IMG/VR virus record: IMGVR_UViG_3300028920_000034
Coordinates: 1-64,000 of that record
Source: a virus
Length of the DNA: 64,000 bases
Strand: one strand, 5' to 3'
Shown here: one piece after another, positions 25,281 through 35,263 of the stretch
How positions within the stretch are numbered: position 1 is the first letter of the stretch
How the letters are laid out: every line of letters starts with the position of its first letter
The notes under the pieces: generated by a model
Databases searched by the model: none
Seen by the model: the letters and a program-made list of their open reading frames with translations, nothing else
Told to the model about the DNA's origin: nothing
Program-made: the position numbers and the translations under genes

Positions 25281-25607
25281 TTACTTCCCCTTACTCAGAG
25301 CTTCCTTCGTGGCATCGATCTCTTCCCCGAGGCGCTCGTCCACCCACCTGGTGGCCTGCTCAAAGGTCTCGTCCACGTGCTCCGCGTAGCAGGGCATCTT
25401 GAGGCTCACGTCCACCCGCACGAACTCGAATCGCGCCGGGCTGATGGTGACGCCCTTGCTGATGTTGATCACGGCCGGCTCGGTGATGAAGTCGTGAATC
25501 GCCACGGGCTCCATTACCTCCTTGGCCCAGATCTGATTCTTGTTGATCTCCACCGAGCTGGCGACTGTCACCTCGCTCGCTACCTCGTTCTTTTCCTTGC
25601 CTGCCAT
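25281..25607 (-). CDS. hypothetical protein
   Basis: MAGKEKNEV start with AAGGGAG RBS; FEFVRVDVSLKMPC. Confidence 0.7.
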   Translation of the reverse strand: MAGKEKNEVASEVTVASSVEINKNQIWAKEVMEPVAIHDFITEPAVINISKGVTISPARFEFVRVDVSLKMPCYAEHVDETFEQATRWVDERLGEEIDATKEALSKGK

Positions 25608-26383
25608 GTTGCTCCCTTCATGCGGCGCCTGTACGCCTTGATTTCCGGCCGCCATGCCTCCCGTAGCTCCCGGCGCAACGTGGCATCCTGCCACGGCACC
25701 ACGCCCCCGCGGGCCTGCACGGCCGCAGATAGAGCCCGGATCATCCCGGGCGTGAACACTTCCTCCTCGCCATAGCGAAGCGGGGTCCTTGGGATCAGCC
25801 CACATCGCTGCCAATCCACCACGGTCTGCACCTGGCGCCCGAGCTCCTCGGATGCGCCCAGCACCGTGTAGGCCACCAGCTCGCCGTCCTGGTACACGCG
25901 GCGGAGCTCCTTGAGCTCCACGTCCACATGCTCCTCGAGGTGCGCCAGGTCCCCCTGGAGCCACTGGAGCAACACGCGGTAGTACCAAAGGGCATCATCG
26001 TCTCGCACGCGCCCGCCTGCCCGAATGAGGGCATCTTGGATCGCCTTGATCATGCCCTCGCTGTAGTAGCGCACTCCACCCCGCCGAAACGGGGTATCTG
26101 GAAGGGCGCCGCGGGCCTGCCATGAATCCACGGTTCGAACGGTGCGACCGATCCACTTCGCCAACACGCCCACGCTCCACAGCACGATCACGCGCCCACC
26201 GGCCTCGAGCTCGAGGGGCGCCACATGCTCTCGCCCCTTTGCGCGCCTCCGCCCGCGTGGCCTGTTTCGCACCTGGCGCCTTCGGTATGCTGGGTCCTCG
26301 CGCCACCGCTTGCGGCGCCTGGCGTTCCGTTTCGCCCGGTTCTCCGCGTACCACTGGGCGTAGTAATCGTCCCGATTGCCCAT
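25580..26383 (-). CDS. tandem MerR-like HTH DNA-binding protein
   Basis: two repeats: SVGVLAKWIGRTVRTVDSWQARGALP and TVLGASEELGRQVQTVVDWQRCGLIP. Confidence 0.75.
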   Translation of the reverse strand: MGNRDDYYAQWYAENRAKRNARRRKRWREDPAYRRRQVRNRPRGRRRAKGREHVAPLELEAGGRVIVLWSVGVLAKWIGRTVRTVDSWQARGALPDTPFRRGGVRYYSEGMIKAIQDALIRAGGRVRDDDALWYYRVLLQWLQGDLAHLEEHVDVELKELRRVYQDGELVAYTVLGASEELGRQVQTVVDWQRCGLIPRTPLRYGEEEVFTPGMIRALSAAVQARGGVVPWQDATLRRELREAWRPEIKAYRRRMKGATWQARKRTR

Positions 26384-27708
26384 CAGTAGGGTAGTGCCTT
26401 CATGCGGCGGTAGAACCGCTCACGGCTTCGCCAGAGGTGCTGGTAGAGGGACACCTCCGGGCTGTCAATGAAGTCCACCACCACCGGCTGCTTCTTGCCC
26501 TCCACCTTGCGGGTCACCCGGTAGTACGCCTGTTCAATGTCCCCGATGGGGCTGCCGACAAACATGCAGTCCAAGTCCGGAATGTCCAGGGCCTCCTTGG
26601 CCATCTTGTAGGTGGCGAAGATCACCTGGGCGAGCTCGGCCTTGTCGAGCTCCTCCTGCTTCCTGCCCCCGACGTAGAAGTCCGCATCCGCATCCGGCTG
26701 GGCCTCGAGGAGCATCGCGTGGAGGGTGTCCAGGTGCTTTCGCTGGGCAGAGAACACGATCACCTTTCGGCCGGCCGCCACGGCCTTCAGGAGCTGCTCC
26801 AGGACCATCTGGTTCCGGTAGGAGCTCGCCACCAGCTTCCGCATAATCACGAAGTCCGGGAGCTCGCTGTTGTCGCCCTGGCGACGGATCGGTGCCCAGT
26901 CGGTCCACACCCGCCGCACCACCCCCTGCATCGTCCCACGCTTGCCGACGTGGAGCACCTTCCCGATGTGCAGACGGAACACCTTGTCCGCGCCGTCCTT
27001 GCGGCGAGGTGTGGCGCTCAGGCCGAGCCGCCACCTGGCGGGGAAGCGGGGGGCCACCGGGGCCCAGGTGTCCGCTCCCAGAATGTGAACCTCATCGGTG
27101 ATCAGGAGCCCGGGCCAGGTATAGAGCTCCTCGGGGTACTGGCGGTCTCCGGCCAGGCTGTGGATCATGGCGATCACCACGTCCACGTCCTGAATCTCGC
27201 ACCGCTCCTGTTGCACGATGCCAATCCGCACCCCAGGCAGGAACGCCTCGAGGCGCTTGCGCCACTGGTTCACCAGGTAGCCCCGGTGGACCATCACCAG
27301 GGTGGTGACGCCCAGGGTCGCAATCACGTTCGCCGCCCAGACCGTCTTGCCCCAACCGCCGATGGCCTGCATGATTCCACCGGCGGCCGGGGCAGAGCGG
27401 AGGTAGTTGACCACGGCCTCTGTGGCCTCCGGCTGGTCATCCCGGAGCCGGCCGTTGAACGTGAGATTGATGGGGCTCCCCTCTGACACCTGGTAGTCGA
27501 TGGGGCCCCCGTACTTGGTGATCTCCTTGTGCTCCCTGGGAATACCCAGGAGGCCATCACGTTCAGTGTAAAGGCGGATGGGTCGTGACCCTCGCTTGTC
27601 ACGCTCGTCCCTTCGGGGGGTCACGTGCAAGCTGCGCCGGAGCGAATCCAGGCCCCGCGGCGTCCAATCTTCCGGCGCGAGCCACGCCCATCCGCCAACC
27701 GAAATCAT
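26383..27708 (-). CDS. superfamily 2 (UvsW/XPB-like) helicase
   Basis: LRDDQ, GGWGKT, DEVH, LGLSATPRRKDG, EALDIPDLD. Confidence 0.88.
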   Translation of the reverse strand: MISVGGWAWLAPEDWTPRGLDSLRRSLHVTPRRDERDKRGSRPIRLYTERDGLLGIPREHKEITKYGGPIDYQVSEGSPINLTFNGRLRDDQPEATEAVVNYLRSAPAAGGIMQAIGGWGKTVWAANVIATLGVTTLVMVHRGYLVNQWRKRLEAFLPGVRIGIVQQERCEIQDVDVVIAMIHSLAGDRQYPEELYTWPGLLITDEVHILGADTWAPVAPRFPARWRLGLSATPRRKDGADKVFRLHIGKVLHVGKRGTMQGVVRRVWTDWAPIRRQGDNSELPDFVIMRKLVASSYRNQMVLEQLLKAVAAGRKVIVFSAQRKHLDTLHAMLLEAQPDADADFYVGGRKQEELDKAELAQVIFATYKMAKEALDIPDLDCMFVGSPIGDIEQAYYRVTRKVEGKKQPVVVDFIDSPEVSLYQHLWRSRERFYRRMKALPY

Positions 27709-28532
27709 CAGAACGGAATCTCCTCATCGGCCCCGGGACCATCGTTGTCGTGCATCTCAGTCTGCGTGGACTCCTTGGGCTGGCTCGTCTGGCGTCCGCC
27801 TTCACGCAGGGCCCGCCGGAGCTCATCGTTGCTCATGGGGGCGAGGATCTTCTTCAGGTCATAGGGCATCGGGGGATGGATTCCACCCTCCCGATCCTTC
27901 CACCAGTATTGCTTGTCCGACAGGAGGAACAGGCCGTCACCGGTGTATCCGCAGCCGCCGCAGAAGTGCTCGGTGACACCGCCCTCGCCCTCGCGGTCAT
28001 GGAGCTCCATACGGCACTCGGGGCACGCGCGGAAGGTGTCCTCCTGGCCCATGGGCTCCCAGTCGTTTCCGACGTTGGGCGACTTCGCGCTGGTACGGGC
28101 GAAGAGGAACCGGCGCCCGACCAGGCCGCCCACGCGGTCCTTTTTGATCTTGATCTTCTTGAGTCCCTCGAGCCGCAGCGCGAGGAGCCGCCGAAGGTTC
28201 TTGTAGGACTTCCCCTTGTAGGTGAACTCGGTGGTGTCCAGGATGGTGTAGAAGCCCATCTTGTAACGCGAGATCCCCGCCTGGCACATGGCGCACGTGG
28301 GGTCCTCGCGGAACACTCCCTGGCGACACGTGTACCAGTTGTCCGGCTTCCACTCGCCGTTGACGAGCGGGTTGTGCTCCCAGATCCGCACCGCGTCGTT
28401 GGAAAGGAAGATGATCTCCCGCTCGGTGTTCTCCCGAAGGAAGAACCGCTTTGCGCCCTTGGATTGGTTCTCTTCCTTTTCCTGGCGCTCGTCCTCGTCC
28501 AGGTTGTCTTCGCCTGTTGTGTACCAGCTCAT
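27708..28532 (-). CDS. phage-type single-stranded DNA-binding protein
   Basis: HN...C...DPTCAMC Zn site as in gp32-like SSBs; acidic tail DEEIPF; position next to primase. Confidence 0.7.
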   Translation of the reverse strand: MSWYTTGEDNLDEDERQEKEENQSKGAKRFFLRENTEREIIFLSNDAVRIWEHNPLVNGEWKPDNWYTCRQGVFREDPTCAMCQAGISRYKMGFYTILDTTEFTYKGKSYKNLRRLLALRLEGLKKIKIKKDRVGGLVGRRFLFARTSAKSPNVGNDWEPMGQEDTFRACPECRMELHDREGEGGVTEHFCGGCGYTGDGLFLLSDKQYWWKDREGGIHPPMPYDLKKILAPMSNDELRRALREGGRQTSQPKESTQTEMHDNDGPGADEEIPF

Positions 28533-28572
28533 CGTTGTTCTCCTTGTTGTTCTCTTTCATCCAGGTATTGCG

Positions 28573-28616
28573 AAAAAACGGACACTCCAAAATACAGTGT
28601 CCACCAGCTTTGTCAA
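28573..28616 (-). promoter_or_regulatory. overlapping terminator-like hairpin and sigma70-type promoter before the SSB gene
   Basis: TTGACA-16-TATTTT; GGACACT/AGTGTCC stem followed by GTTTTTT. Confidence 0.55.
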
Positions 28617-29611
28617 CATTGAATCACCCGCGCTGATGCCACCAGCTCGCAGTAGGCACCTGGGTCCTCGAGCACCAGGTCCGCCGGGTCCTTGCCCTCG
28701 GGAAACCTGGGGTCAAACAGGGGGACCCGTCCGTCCAGCTTCGCGATCAGCTCGTCCCTACCTTCCCGGCCGTACTGGTCCTGGTCCAACCCCACCACCA
28801 ACTCGCCGTCACGGTCCAGGAGCTCGAGGATCGTCGCCACCTGCTCATCGCTCGGCTTGCTCCCCTGGAGCCCCACCGCCGGCACCCCCGCCTGGTCACT
28901 CAGCACCACGTCCAGGTGCCCCTCGGTGACCAGGAGCCGCTTCACCGGCGCCTGCACCATGTTCTCGCCGTAGCAGATCAGGCGCTTCTCCACTCGCAAG
29001 AATTCCTTGTGCCGGTTGTAGTCCACCCACGGCACCAACTTCTCCTCCCTGGTGTCCCATGAGTAGTGGCAATACTTCGGCTTCTGTTGCTTGAACAGCG
29101 CACGCCCGCACACGCCACGAAAGCGCCCCAGGCGATCCCGAATCGTGAACATCGCCCGCTTGAACTCCCGGTCGAATCCGAGCTCCCACCGCTTCGCCGT
29201 CTCGAGCTCCACACCACGCTCCACCAGGTAGCGCGGAATGCCACCCTGGAACCGCCGGAGGAGCTCCTCCGGGGGCATCAGGATGCAAGTCTCCTCATCG
29301 CCGCCCCACAGTTTCCTGTTCTCCGCTGGGAACCAATCCTCCGGATCGTACTTGCGCCCTTTCTCAGGCATGTACTGAGGCATCCCGTGTTCCAGCGCAA
29401 GGTACTCCACTGTGCCCTTGAGTCCACACGCCTGGCAGAAGTAGGGGCTGTAGCCGTCCGGATTGATGCGCGCGGAGAACGATGGGTTCCTGTCCATGCC
29501 ACGGCTGTGGTTCGCCTCCTCTGGACACGTCGAGCGCACCTCATCGCCGTAGGCTCTCACGCGCCGGCACCCGCATTGCTCGAGTACCGAGATCAGGTCC
29601 AGCTCGCGCAT
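28613..29611 (-). CDS. DNA primase (Zn finger + TOPRIM)
   Basis: CP...H...DRNPSFS...FCQACG; VTEGHLD, LDQDQYG, GKDPAD. Confidence 0.88.
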   Translation of the reverse strand: MRELDLISVLEQCGCRRVRAYGDEVRSTCPEEANHSRGMDRNPSFSARINPDGYSPYFCQACGLKGTVEYLALEHGMPQYMPEKGRKYDPEDWFPAENRKLWGGDEETCILMPPEELLRRFQGGIPRYLVERGVELETAKRWELGFDREFKRAMFTIRDRLGRFRGVCGRALFKQQKPKYCHYSWDTREEKLVPWVDYNRHKEFLRVEKRLICYGENMVQAPVKRLLVTEGHLDVVLSDQAGVPAVGLQGSKPSDEQVATILELLDRDGELVVGLDQDQYGREGRDELIAKLDGRVPLFDPRFPEGKDPADLVLEDPGAYCELVASARVIQC

Positions 29612-30885
29612 CAGAACGGCACCTCCTGGCCTGCTACACCCGGCTCGCCGGCCTCGAGCTCCGCCTCCCCGCCGAGCTCTCCGAAGCTCATCCTGGACAG
29701 ATCCCAGTCAATCACCACATCGTCCATGGCGCCAGACTCGCGGAGGGCCATCGGCCGGATGATCATCTGCTTGTCCTCACGCATGTCGTCGGTCTGGAGT
29801 AGGGCGAACGCAGCCGACACGTTCCAGCCGATCACATCCGAGCCGCCCAGGTTCTCCAGGCGCCCGGTGGACAGATCGTTGGGGTCCACATCCCGGTTGA
29901 ACTGGTGCGTACCGATGATCGGCACGCTGTGGAGCTGCGCCGTCTCCACCAGATCGTTGGCCACATTTGAGAGCTTCTCCTGGCGCGTGCCGCCCTGGGC
30001 CTTCAGGAGATACATGCCGTCCACCACCACCAGGTCCGGTTTGGTGATGGCGATGGCGTCCTCCACGTTCACCGTCGTGTAGTGCCACCCAGCTCCGATC
30101 ACCTCGAGCCCGGGCTGGCCGATCAGCTTGCGCGTCTCCTCGAGGAACCGCTCCTCCTCGTACATATCCAGCTCGCCGCGGACCAGATCGTTGTAGGGGA
30201 GCTTGAGCTCGAGGGCCACGAAGCGCCGGAGAAGCCGCGCCCGGCTCATCTCAGTGGAAATCACCAGGACGTTGGAACCGTCTTTCCACGCCTGGTGGGC
30301 CATCATGAGCAAGACCCAGGTTTTGCCGGTCTTGGGCCGAGCCGCGATCACCACGAAGTCCTCCGGCCACCACCCACGGGTCGAATCGTCCAGGGTAGAC
30401 CAGTAGGTTCTGATGCCCAGCTTGCCGTCCTTGGCGTCCAGGTAGGCTTGAATCACTCCTTCGGCATAGTCGAAAAGGGACTCCACCTTGCTGCCAACCA
30501 TCTGGGCCTGGCGCACCTGGCGCTGGTACTCCTCCACCGCCGCGTGGGCCTCGTGAGGGGTGCGACCGTTCACCAGCTTCTCGAAGTCCCCCAGGAATGT
30601 CCCCTGGAGCTGCCACAGGTGGCGGTCGCGGATCTCGCTAACCAGCACCGGGAGCGAATCTTTCACCTCGGGCAGCTTCACCCCGAACTTGGACACCACC
30701 AGGTCCTCGCTCGGGAGCTCCCGGTGTTCACGGGTGTGGGCTTCGATGAAATCGAACACCTGCTTCGCGTTTGAACCGCTCAGAAGCTCGGCAGTGATTC
30801 CGGAGTCGCGCGCAACCTTCAGGGCGCTTCGGCCCCCCATCAGGAGAGACGACACCAGGGCCATGTCCAGATCAAGCGCCGGCAT
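29611..30885 (-). CDS. dnaB: DnaB-like replicative helicase
   Basis: IAARPKTGKT, ISTEM, VVVDGMYL, HQFNR, LGGSD. Confidence 0.9.
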   Translation of the reverse strand: MPALDLDMALVSSLLMGGRSALKVARDSGITAELLSGSNAKQVFDFIEAHTREHRELPSEDLVVSKFGVKLPEVKDSLPVLVSEIRDRHLWQLQGTFLGDFEKLVNGRTPHEAHAAVEEYQRQVRQAQMVGSKVESLFDYAEGVIQAYLDAKDGKLGIRTYWSTLDDSTRGWWPEDFVVIAARPKTGKTWVLLMMAHQAWKDGSNVLVISTEMSRARLLRRFVALELKLPYNDLVRGELDMYEEERFLEETRKLIGQPGLEVIGAGWHYTTVNVEDAIAITKPDLVVVDGMYLLKAQGGTRQEKLSNVANDLVETAQLHSVPIIGTHQFNRDVDPNDLSTGRLENLGGSDVIGWNVSAAFALLQTDDMREDKQMIIRPMALRESGAMDDVVIDWDLSRMSFGELGGEAELEAGEPGVAGQEVPF

Positions 30886-31549
30886 TCTCGCCTCCATCTA
30901 GCATGGCCTTGAGCTCGGCACCGAGCTCCACCCCGTAATCGTGACCGGCCACTGGCACGGGCACCAGCACCTCACGCATGAGGCGCACCATGGACTCCGG
31001 ATAGATGCGCTCGAGCTGACTGGGCTTGCCGTCCACCTGGTGGGGATTGATGTTGCTTGTCACGATGGTGACCAGCCGGTCCTCCGCGCGGGCCCGTAGT
31101 AGGTTCTCGGTGATCCGCTCATTGTAGGCGTGGGCCTTGGTTCGGTGCTCCTTGCCAAGATCGTCCAGGCCCAGAGCATCCACCACCTTTGCTCGCTGCA
31201 TCATCGTGGTGGATTCATCGTACCGGGTACGGTTGTTCACCAGCTCCATCAGGTCCGAGCTCCGCACGTACAGCCCCGAGGCGCGAAGCCGCCGCACCGC
31301 CTTCAGGATGATCCCCAGCAAAGCCGTCTTGCCGGACCGGTTCGGCCCCCACAGGTACAAACCGCCACCGCGGCGCACCATCGCCGGGAGCACGTCCAGG
31401 TAGCGTTGCACCTGGCGCCGGTGAATGCTGTCCGCGGGGAGCACCTTGTCCATGCTGGCCGTCCAGTACAGGCGTGGTAGCTTCATCCGCTGGAGCTGCT
31501 TCGCAGTGAGCTCAGATTTACCAGCCGACTTTTCCAAGGGAACCCCCAT
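30872..31549 (-). CDS. DnaC/IstB-like helicase loader ATPase
   Basis: GLYLWGPNRSGKT, LGLDDLGKE, TIVTSN. Confidence 0.85.
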   Translation of the reverse strand: MGVPLEKSAGKSELTAKQLQRMKLPRLYWTASMDKVLPADSIHRRQVQRYLDVLPAMVRRGGGLYLWGPNRSGKTALLGIILKAVRRLRASGLYVRSSDLMELVNNRTRYDESTTMMQRAKVVDALGLDDLGKEHRTKAHAYNERITENLLRARAEDRLVTIVTSNINPHQVDGKPSQLERIYPESMVRLMREVLVPVPVAGHDYGVELGAELKAMLDGGENAGA

Positions 31550-32450
31550 CGTCCTGGAATTCATCCGCGCGCAACGCCTCTCCCTTTGAGCCACCAGGTG
31601 GTAGCCCCTGGGCAGCTTCGGCAAAAAGACCTTCGCGGTAACCCCACACCAGCTTGATCGTCGGCACGCCGTCCAGGCTCCATCGGCGCGCATAGTCCTC
31701 CCAGTATTCGATCACTCGCTCGCACACCTCGAGGGCCAGCTCGGGGTAATTGGTCACGATCCGCTTCGCCAGGCTGCGCTCTGCCTTGCCCCACGTTGGC
31801 ATGGGCAGATTCGGCCACTTCTCGCGGTAAAGCTCCATCCATCTGAGCCGGAACTTCTCCCCTGTCAGCCCGGTCTCTCGCTCCACCTTGGCCGCGCGCT
31901 TGTCCGCCTTGGCCGCCTGGCGCGTGGCCTCCTTGGCGCCCCGGGCGGCGCGGGCCTCCTCGGTGCGTTGCGATGCTGCACCTACTACCAGGGCCACGGT
32001 GCCCATGTCCACTGGCGGAGGTGGCTCGCTTGGCACCTCCTTGGACACCTTTACATCCTTTCGCTTGGGGATGCGACCGTCATCGTCCAGGCTGCACACG
32101 GCAATGGCCTCTTCGGTGAACCGGTGTGGCTCATCAGCACGCCCGTACACGTTCCACATGGGAATAATCCAGTACACCTGGCTCGTGCCAACGCGCCTGG
32201 TGGTGCTCACCAGGCCCACCCGGCGGAGCTCCTGTAGGTGGGCCGTGATCCGCCGCGGAGACTTGCCGCGGTCCCTGGCGATCCGATCCAGCCCAGGCCA
32301 ACACCGCTGCTCCTGGCGAGCAAAGGACACCAGGGTCGCGTAGGTGCGGAGAGCACCATCGGACAGCCGGGAATCCCGTAGCACCGCTACCGGGAGCTGC
32401 ACAAAGCCCAGCGCGGAAACCTGGTCAACAAATTGCACCTGTTCTGTCAT
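31518..32450 (-). CDS. replication initiator-like protein (N-terminal winged HTH)
   Basis: GFVQLP..VLRDSRLSDGALRTYATL..FA....CWPGLDRIA...L.EL...GLV; directly upstream of loader and helicase. Confidence 0.75.
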   Translation of the reverse strand: MTEQVQFVDQVSALGFVQLPVAVLRDSRLSDGALRTYATLVSFARQEQRCWPGLDRIARDRGKSPRRITAHLQELRRVGLVSTTRRVGTSQVYWIIPMWNVYGRADEPHRFTEEAIAVCSLDDDGRIPKRKDVKVSKEVPSEPPPPVDMGTVALVVGAASQRTEEARAARGAKEATRQAAKADKRAAKVERETGLTGEKFRLRWMELYREKWPNLPMPTWGKAERSLAKRIVTNYPELALEVCERVIEYWEDYARRWSLDGVPTIKLVWGYREGLFAEAAQGLPPGGSKGEALRADEFQDDGGSLGKVGW

Positions 32451-32806
32451 CGGCCTTCCCCCCGCTTTCCGTACATATCGTGCATGAGCTGTTTCTGGGT
32501 CTTCTGGGCCCGCTCGAATTCAGTGTTCTGCCGATCTGCGTTCGCCCGAACCTTGGCGCGCACGGCCACCGCGCACCTGACGCAGTAGCGCACCTGGAAC
32601 TTCTTGGAGCCCTTTTTCCCTGGGTTCACGATGAACGTCACCAGCTCGGCCCGACGCAGCGACACCTGGGATTCGCACAGGCCGCACGTGATGGACGCGC
32701 CGCGGAGCGCCTGGGCGCACTCTCCGCACCGATGCTTCCAGCTCTCCTTGTCGCCGTGGATCTGGAACTTGTGGCCGCACGTATCGCACTTGCGATACTG
32801 CTTCAC
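32447..32806 (-). CDS. multi-zinc-finger protein
   Basis: four CxxC pairs; GTG start with GGGGAAG RBS. Confidence 0.6.
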   Translation of the reverse strand: MKQYRKCDTCGHKFQIHGDKESWKHRCGECAQALRGASITCGLCESQVSLRRAELVTFIVNPGKKGSKKFQVRYCVRCAVAVRAKVRANADRQNTEFERAQKTQKQLMHDMYGKRGEGR

Positions 32807-32826
32807 CTTCCCCCTACCACTGGAGC

Positions 32827-33018
32827 CTACCCCTCGAGTAGCAGCTCCTTGCCGTTCATCTGATGCGCGTCCGCCTGGCGCTCCAGAACCGGCTCCTCCA
32901 CGCACACCTGACACACCCAGTTGACTTTCTGGGCTTCCGTCAGCATCCCCGCCTTGATCGTCTTGGCGCTGTGGCACTTGGAACAGATCACCGTTTCGGT
33001 CTTGGACTCGAGCATCAT
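32827..33018 (-). CDS. small zinc-ribbon protein
   Basis: CSKC ... CQVC; GAGG RBS. Confidence 0.65.
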   Translation of the reverse strand: MMLESKTETVICSKCHSAKTIKAGMLTEAQKVNWVCQVCVEEPVLERQADAHQMNGKELLLEG

Positions 33019-33039
33019 TGCTTCCTCTCTTGGGGGCCA

Positions 33040-33522
33040 TCAGTGTGCCCCCGTGGTCTGAATCAGTTGTCCGCACACCGAGCACCGAGCACCAGCCCAT
33101 CTCTCAGGCCAATGCAGTGGCCGGGGCTCACCGTCCGGTCCGCGTACATACGCTATCCCGTCCGCCGCCTCGAAGTCATCACGGTACGCCCTGAGACCAG
33201 CGAGCCAGACGCGGTATTCGTCCCGATTGTACCGCATCTCAGGGCACCCACAATGGTAGTACCCCTGGAGCCGTGGCATAGGGGGCTCGGGCTCCTCTGG
33301 CTGGCGCTCCACGGGTGGACGCGGAGCGTACAGTGCGTCCGCGTCAGCCAGATCACGATCCAGCACCTGGGTTCCCCGGTGGGGGTAATCGATCAGGAAG
33401 CCATCATCCGGCGCCTCCATCCTCACTGTCCGTCCCTCCACCGTCACCGGAACCATCTCCCCCTTGGAGAATCTCAGCACCTTCGATCTCATCTTCGGCC
33501 ACTTCTCCCATGCGTCCGTCAT
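33040..33522 (-). CDS. hypothetical protein
   Basis: 160-aa ORF with HCGC and CSVCG. Confidence 0.55.
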   Translation of the reverse strand: MTDAWEKWPKMRSKVLRFSKGEMVPVTVEGRTVRMEAPDDGFLIDYPHRGTQVLDRDLADADALYAPRPPVERQPEEPEPPMPRLQGYYHCGCPEMRYNRDEYRVWLAGLRAYRDDFEAADGIAYVRGPDGEPRPLHWPERWAGARCSVCGQLIQTTGAH

Positions 33523-33865
33523 GCTCGAACTCCATTGTCCCGCCGGCCTCGGTGTACTGGCGTTGCCACTCCTCGAGGGCTTGCCCTATGGTGGTGAGGA
33601 TCAGCCCGCTCAGATGGTCAAATTGCTTCGCTCGCGCCCGCGCGCTTCGCGCCCGCTTGCGATAGGTTTCGATCCCCTGGCCTTCGGTGGCCACCTCGTC
33701 CAGGATCACCTGGGCGAGCTCAGGCCACTGGTAGGAGCACGATCCGCAGTTGTCCCCCACGCCGAAGTACATGCAACGGATCGGCTTCCCCTTAGCTTTC
33801 CACGCTGCCACTATCGGGCAGTCCCGCATCAGGAGCTGCACCACTCTTTCCCTGGTCTCGCTCAC
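33404..33865 (-). CDS. hypothetical protein
   Basis: GTG start after GAGGGAG; Cys cluster then helical region. Confidence 0.55.
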   Translation of the reverse strand: MSETRERVVQLLMRDCPIVAAWKAKGKPIRCMYFGVGDNCGSCSYQWPELAQVILDEVATEGQGIETYRKRARSARARAKQFDHLSGLILTTIGQALEEWQRQYTEAGGTMEFEHDGRMGEVAEDEIEGAEILQGGDGSGDGGGTDSEDGGAG

Positions 33866-34151
33866 GTCTCCCTCGCTTGCGCGCCGCAGCCCTGTCCAGC
33901 ACCCCCAGCATTGCCTGGCGCGTCTTTTCAGGCACCCCATCCGTCTGGACGGGGAACAGATCATCCTGGTGGTCAAAGCACGGGGTCATCTGCACGGTCA
34001 CCCCGTCGAATGACACCCCCTCGCATCCGCAGATCCACCGGTACTCCCTCGGTGAACCCTTGGGTGGCCATCTGGTCCCCAAGGTCGCATCCGCGTAGCA
34101 GCCATCCCAGAATCCCAGGATGGCGTTCACATCACTCAGCCGGTGCGCCAC
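33792..34151 (-). CDS. hypothetical protein
   Basis: GGAGGGG RBS; CGC...PCFDH. Confidence 0.55.
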   Translation of the reverse strand: MAHRLSDVNAILGFWDGCYADATLGTRWPPKGSPREYRWICGCEGVSFDGVTVQMTPCFDHQDDLFPVQTDGVPEKTRQAMLGVLDRAAARKRGRRERDQGKSGAAPDAGLPDSGSVES

Positions 34152-35115
34152 CGTCCCCTCCGTCTGGCGGAGGCTGCATCATCCCCATGATCGCCATCTT
34201 CGCCGCCATGATCAGGTGCTCTGGCTTATCGGGGCGCTTGGCGAGGATCTCCTCCTCTGGCACCCCCGCGTCCTTGAGCATCCCATCGAAATCGAACATC
34301 GTGGCCGCCAGGCGCTTCCGCACTATGTCCGGGAGCTGGAACGCCTTGATCGCGTACAGCACCTCCTGGTGCTCCTGGCTCATCCGGAGGTACTCGCGCA
34401 CCACGTGATTGCGAAGCCACTTCTGCACCGTGAAGCCGGCCGGCTTGATCGCCTCCGGCATACACTCCTCGCAGGTCTCCAGTGGACACGAAAAGCGCCA
34501 CGTGGCTGGCTGCCCCTCCTTGGCTGGGCTGCCCACCCGCGCCATCGGGAAGAACTGGCACAGAATGGGCGCCACCTCTCCCAGACCACACGTGAACCTG
34601 GGCTTTCCGTTCACCGTCCAGAAGCCTGGCCCGGGGAGCTTGCCGGCGAGGAGGGCTTGCGCCTCGAGCTCGCCCACCTGGTCGTCATCCCACTGGACAA
34701 AGGGGCAATGCTCTGCCGCCCCCTCCTGGCCACGATACGGCTGGGGCATGATCATGCAGAGGGGCATCCGCTTCTGCTCGCCCACCCCCATGGTCACCAG
34801 CCCTTTTTCCCAGAGCTCCCAGGTAAATCGCACGCCCCACTTGCGGAGCGGACTCTTGCGGGCGGAGACCATCCGCCACACATCGAACGGCGTGAGGTTC
34901 ACCCAGCCGTTCCAACAGCACCTCCCGGCCAGGTTGCACTGGTGAGGCACTTCAGTCTTGGGCCCAAGGAACCCCTTGGGCCGCTTGTCCACAGGACCGA
35001 TCTTGCGGCGCTTCAAACGGAACGGCCGCTTCGCTTTCTTCTTACCTGTGGCCGCCTTTGCCGCGGGCCTCACGGGCTTCTTTCTGGGCTTGCGTTGCTT
35101 CGCCATCTTGCTCAT
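34132..35115 (-). CDS. YkgJ-family Cys-cluster (Fe-S/Zn) protein
   Basis: CNLAGRCC, LTPFD, CPF, C....P..CQFFP. Confidence 0.75.
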   Translation of the reverse strand: MSKMAKQRKPRKKPVRPAAKAATGKKKAKRPFRLKRRKIGPVDKRPKGFLGPKTEVPHQCNLAGRCCWNGWVNLTPFDVWRMVSARKSPLRKWGVRFTWELWEKGLVTMGVGEQKRMPLCMIMPQPYRGQEGAAEHCPFVQWDDDQVGELEAQALLAGKLPGPGFWTVNGKPRFTCGLGEVAPILCQFFPMARVGSPAKEGQPATWRFSCPLETCEECMPEAIKPAGFTVQKWLRNHVVREYLRMSQEHQEVLYAIKAFQLPDIVRKRLAATMFDFDGMLKDAGVPEEEILAKRPDKPEHLIMAAKMAIMGMMQPPPDGGDGGAPAE

Positions 35116-35263
35116 CCAGGTAGCATTCCATGTGGTAGTACATCGAACCGAGCGGAGTCTCTGACCGGCCACGGTGGGCGATCACGATCACCTCCACGCA
35201 GTCGTCCATGCTAACCGCCTTGTCGCAGATCCCGCACTTCGGCCCCATCGTCTGCACGCTCAT
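35042..35263 (-). CDS. small zinc-finger protein
   Basis: CGICDK ... YHMEC. Confidence 0.6.
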   Translation of the reverse strand: MSVQTMGPKCGICDKAVSMDDCVEVIVIAHRGRSETPLGSMYYHMECYLDEQDGEATQAQKEAREARGKGGHR

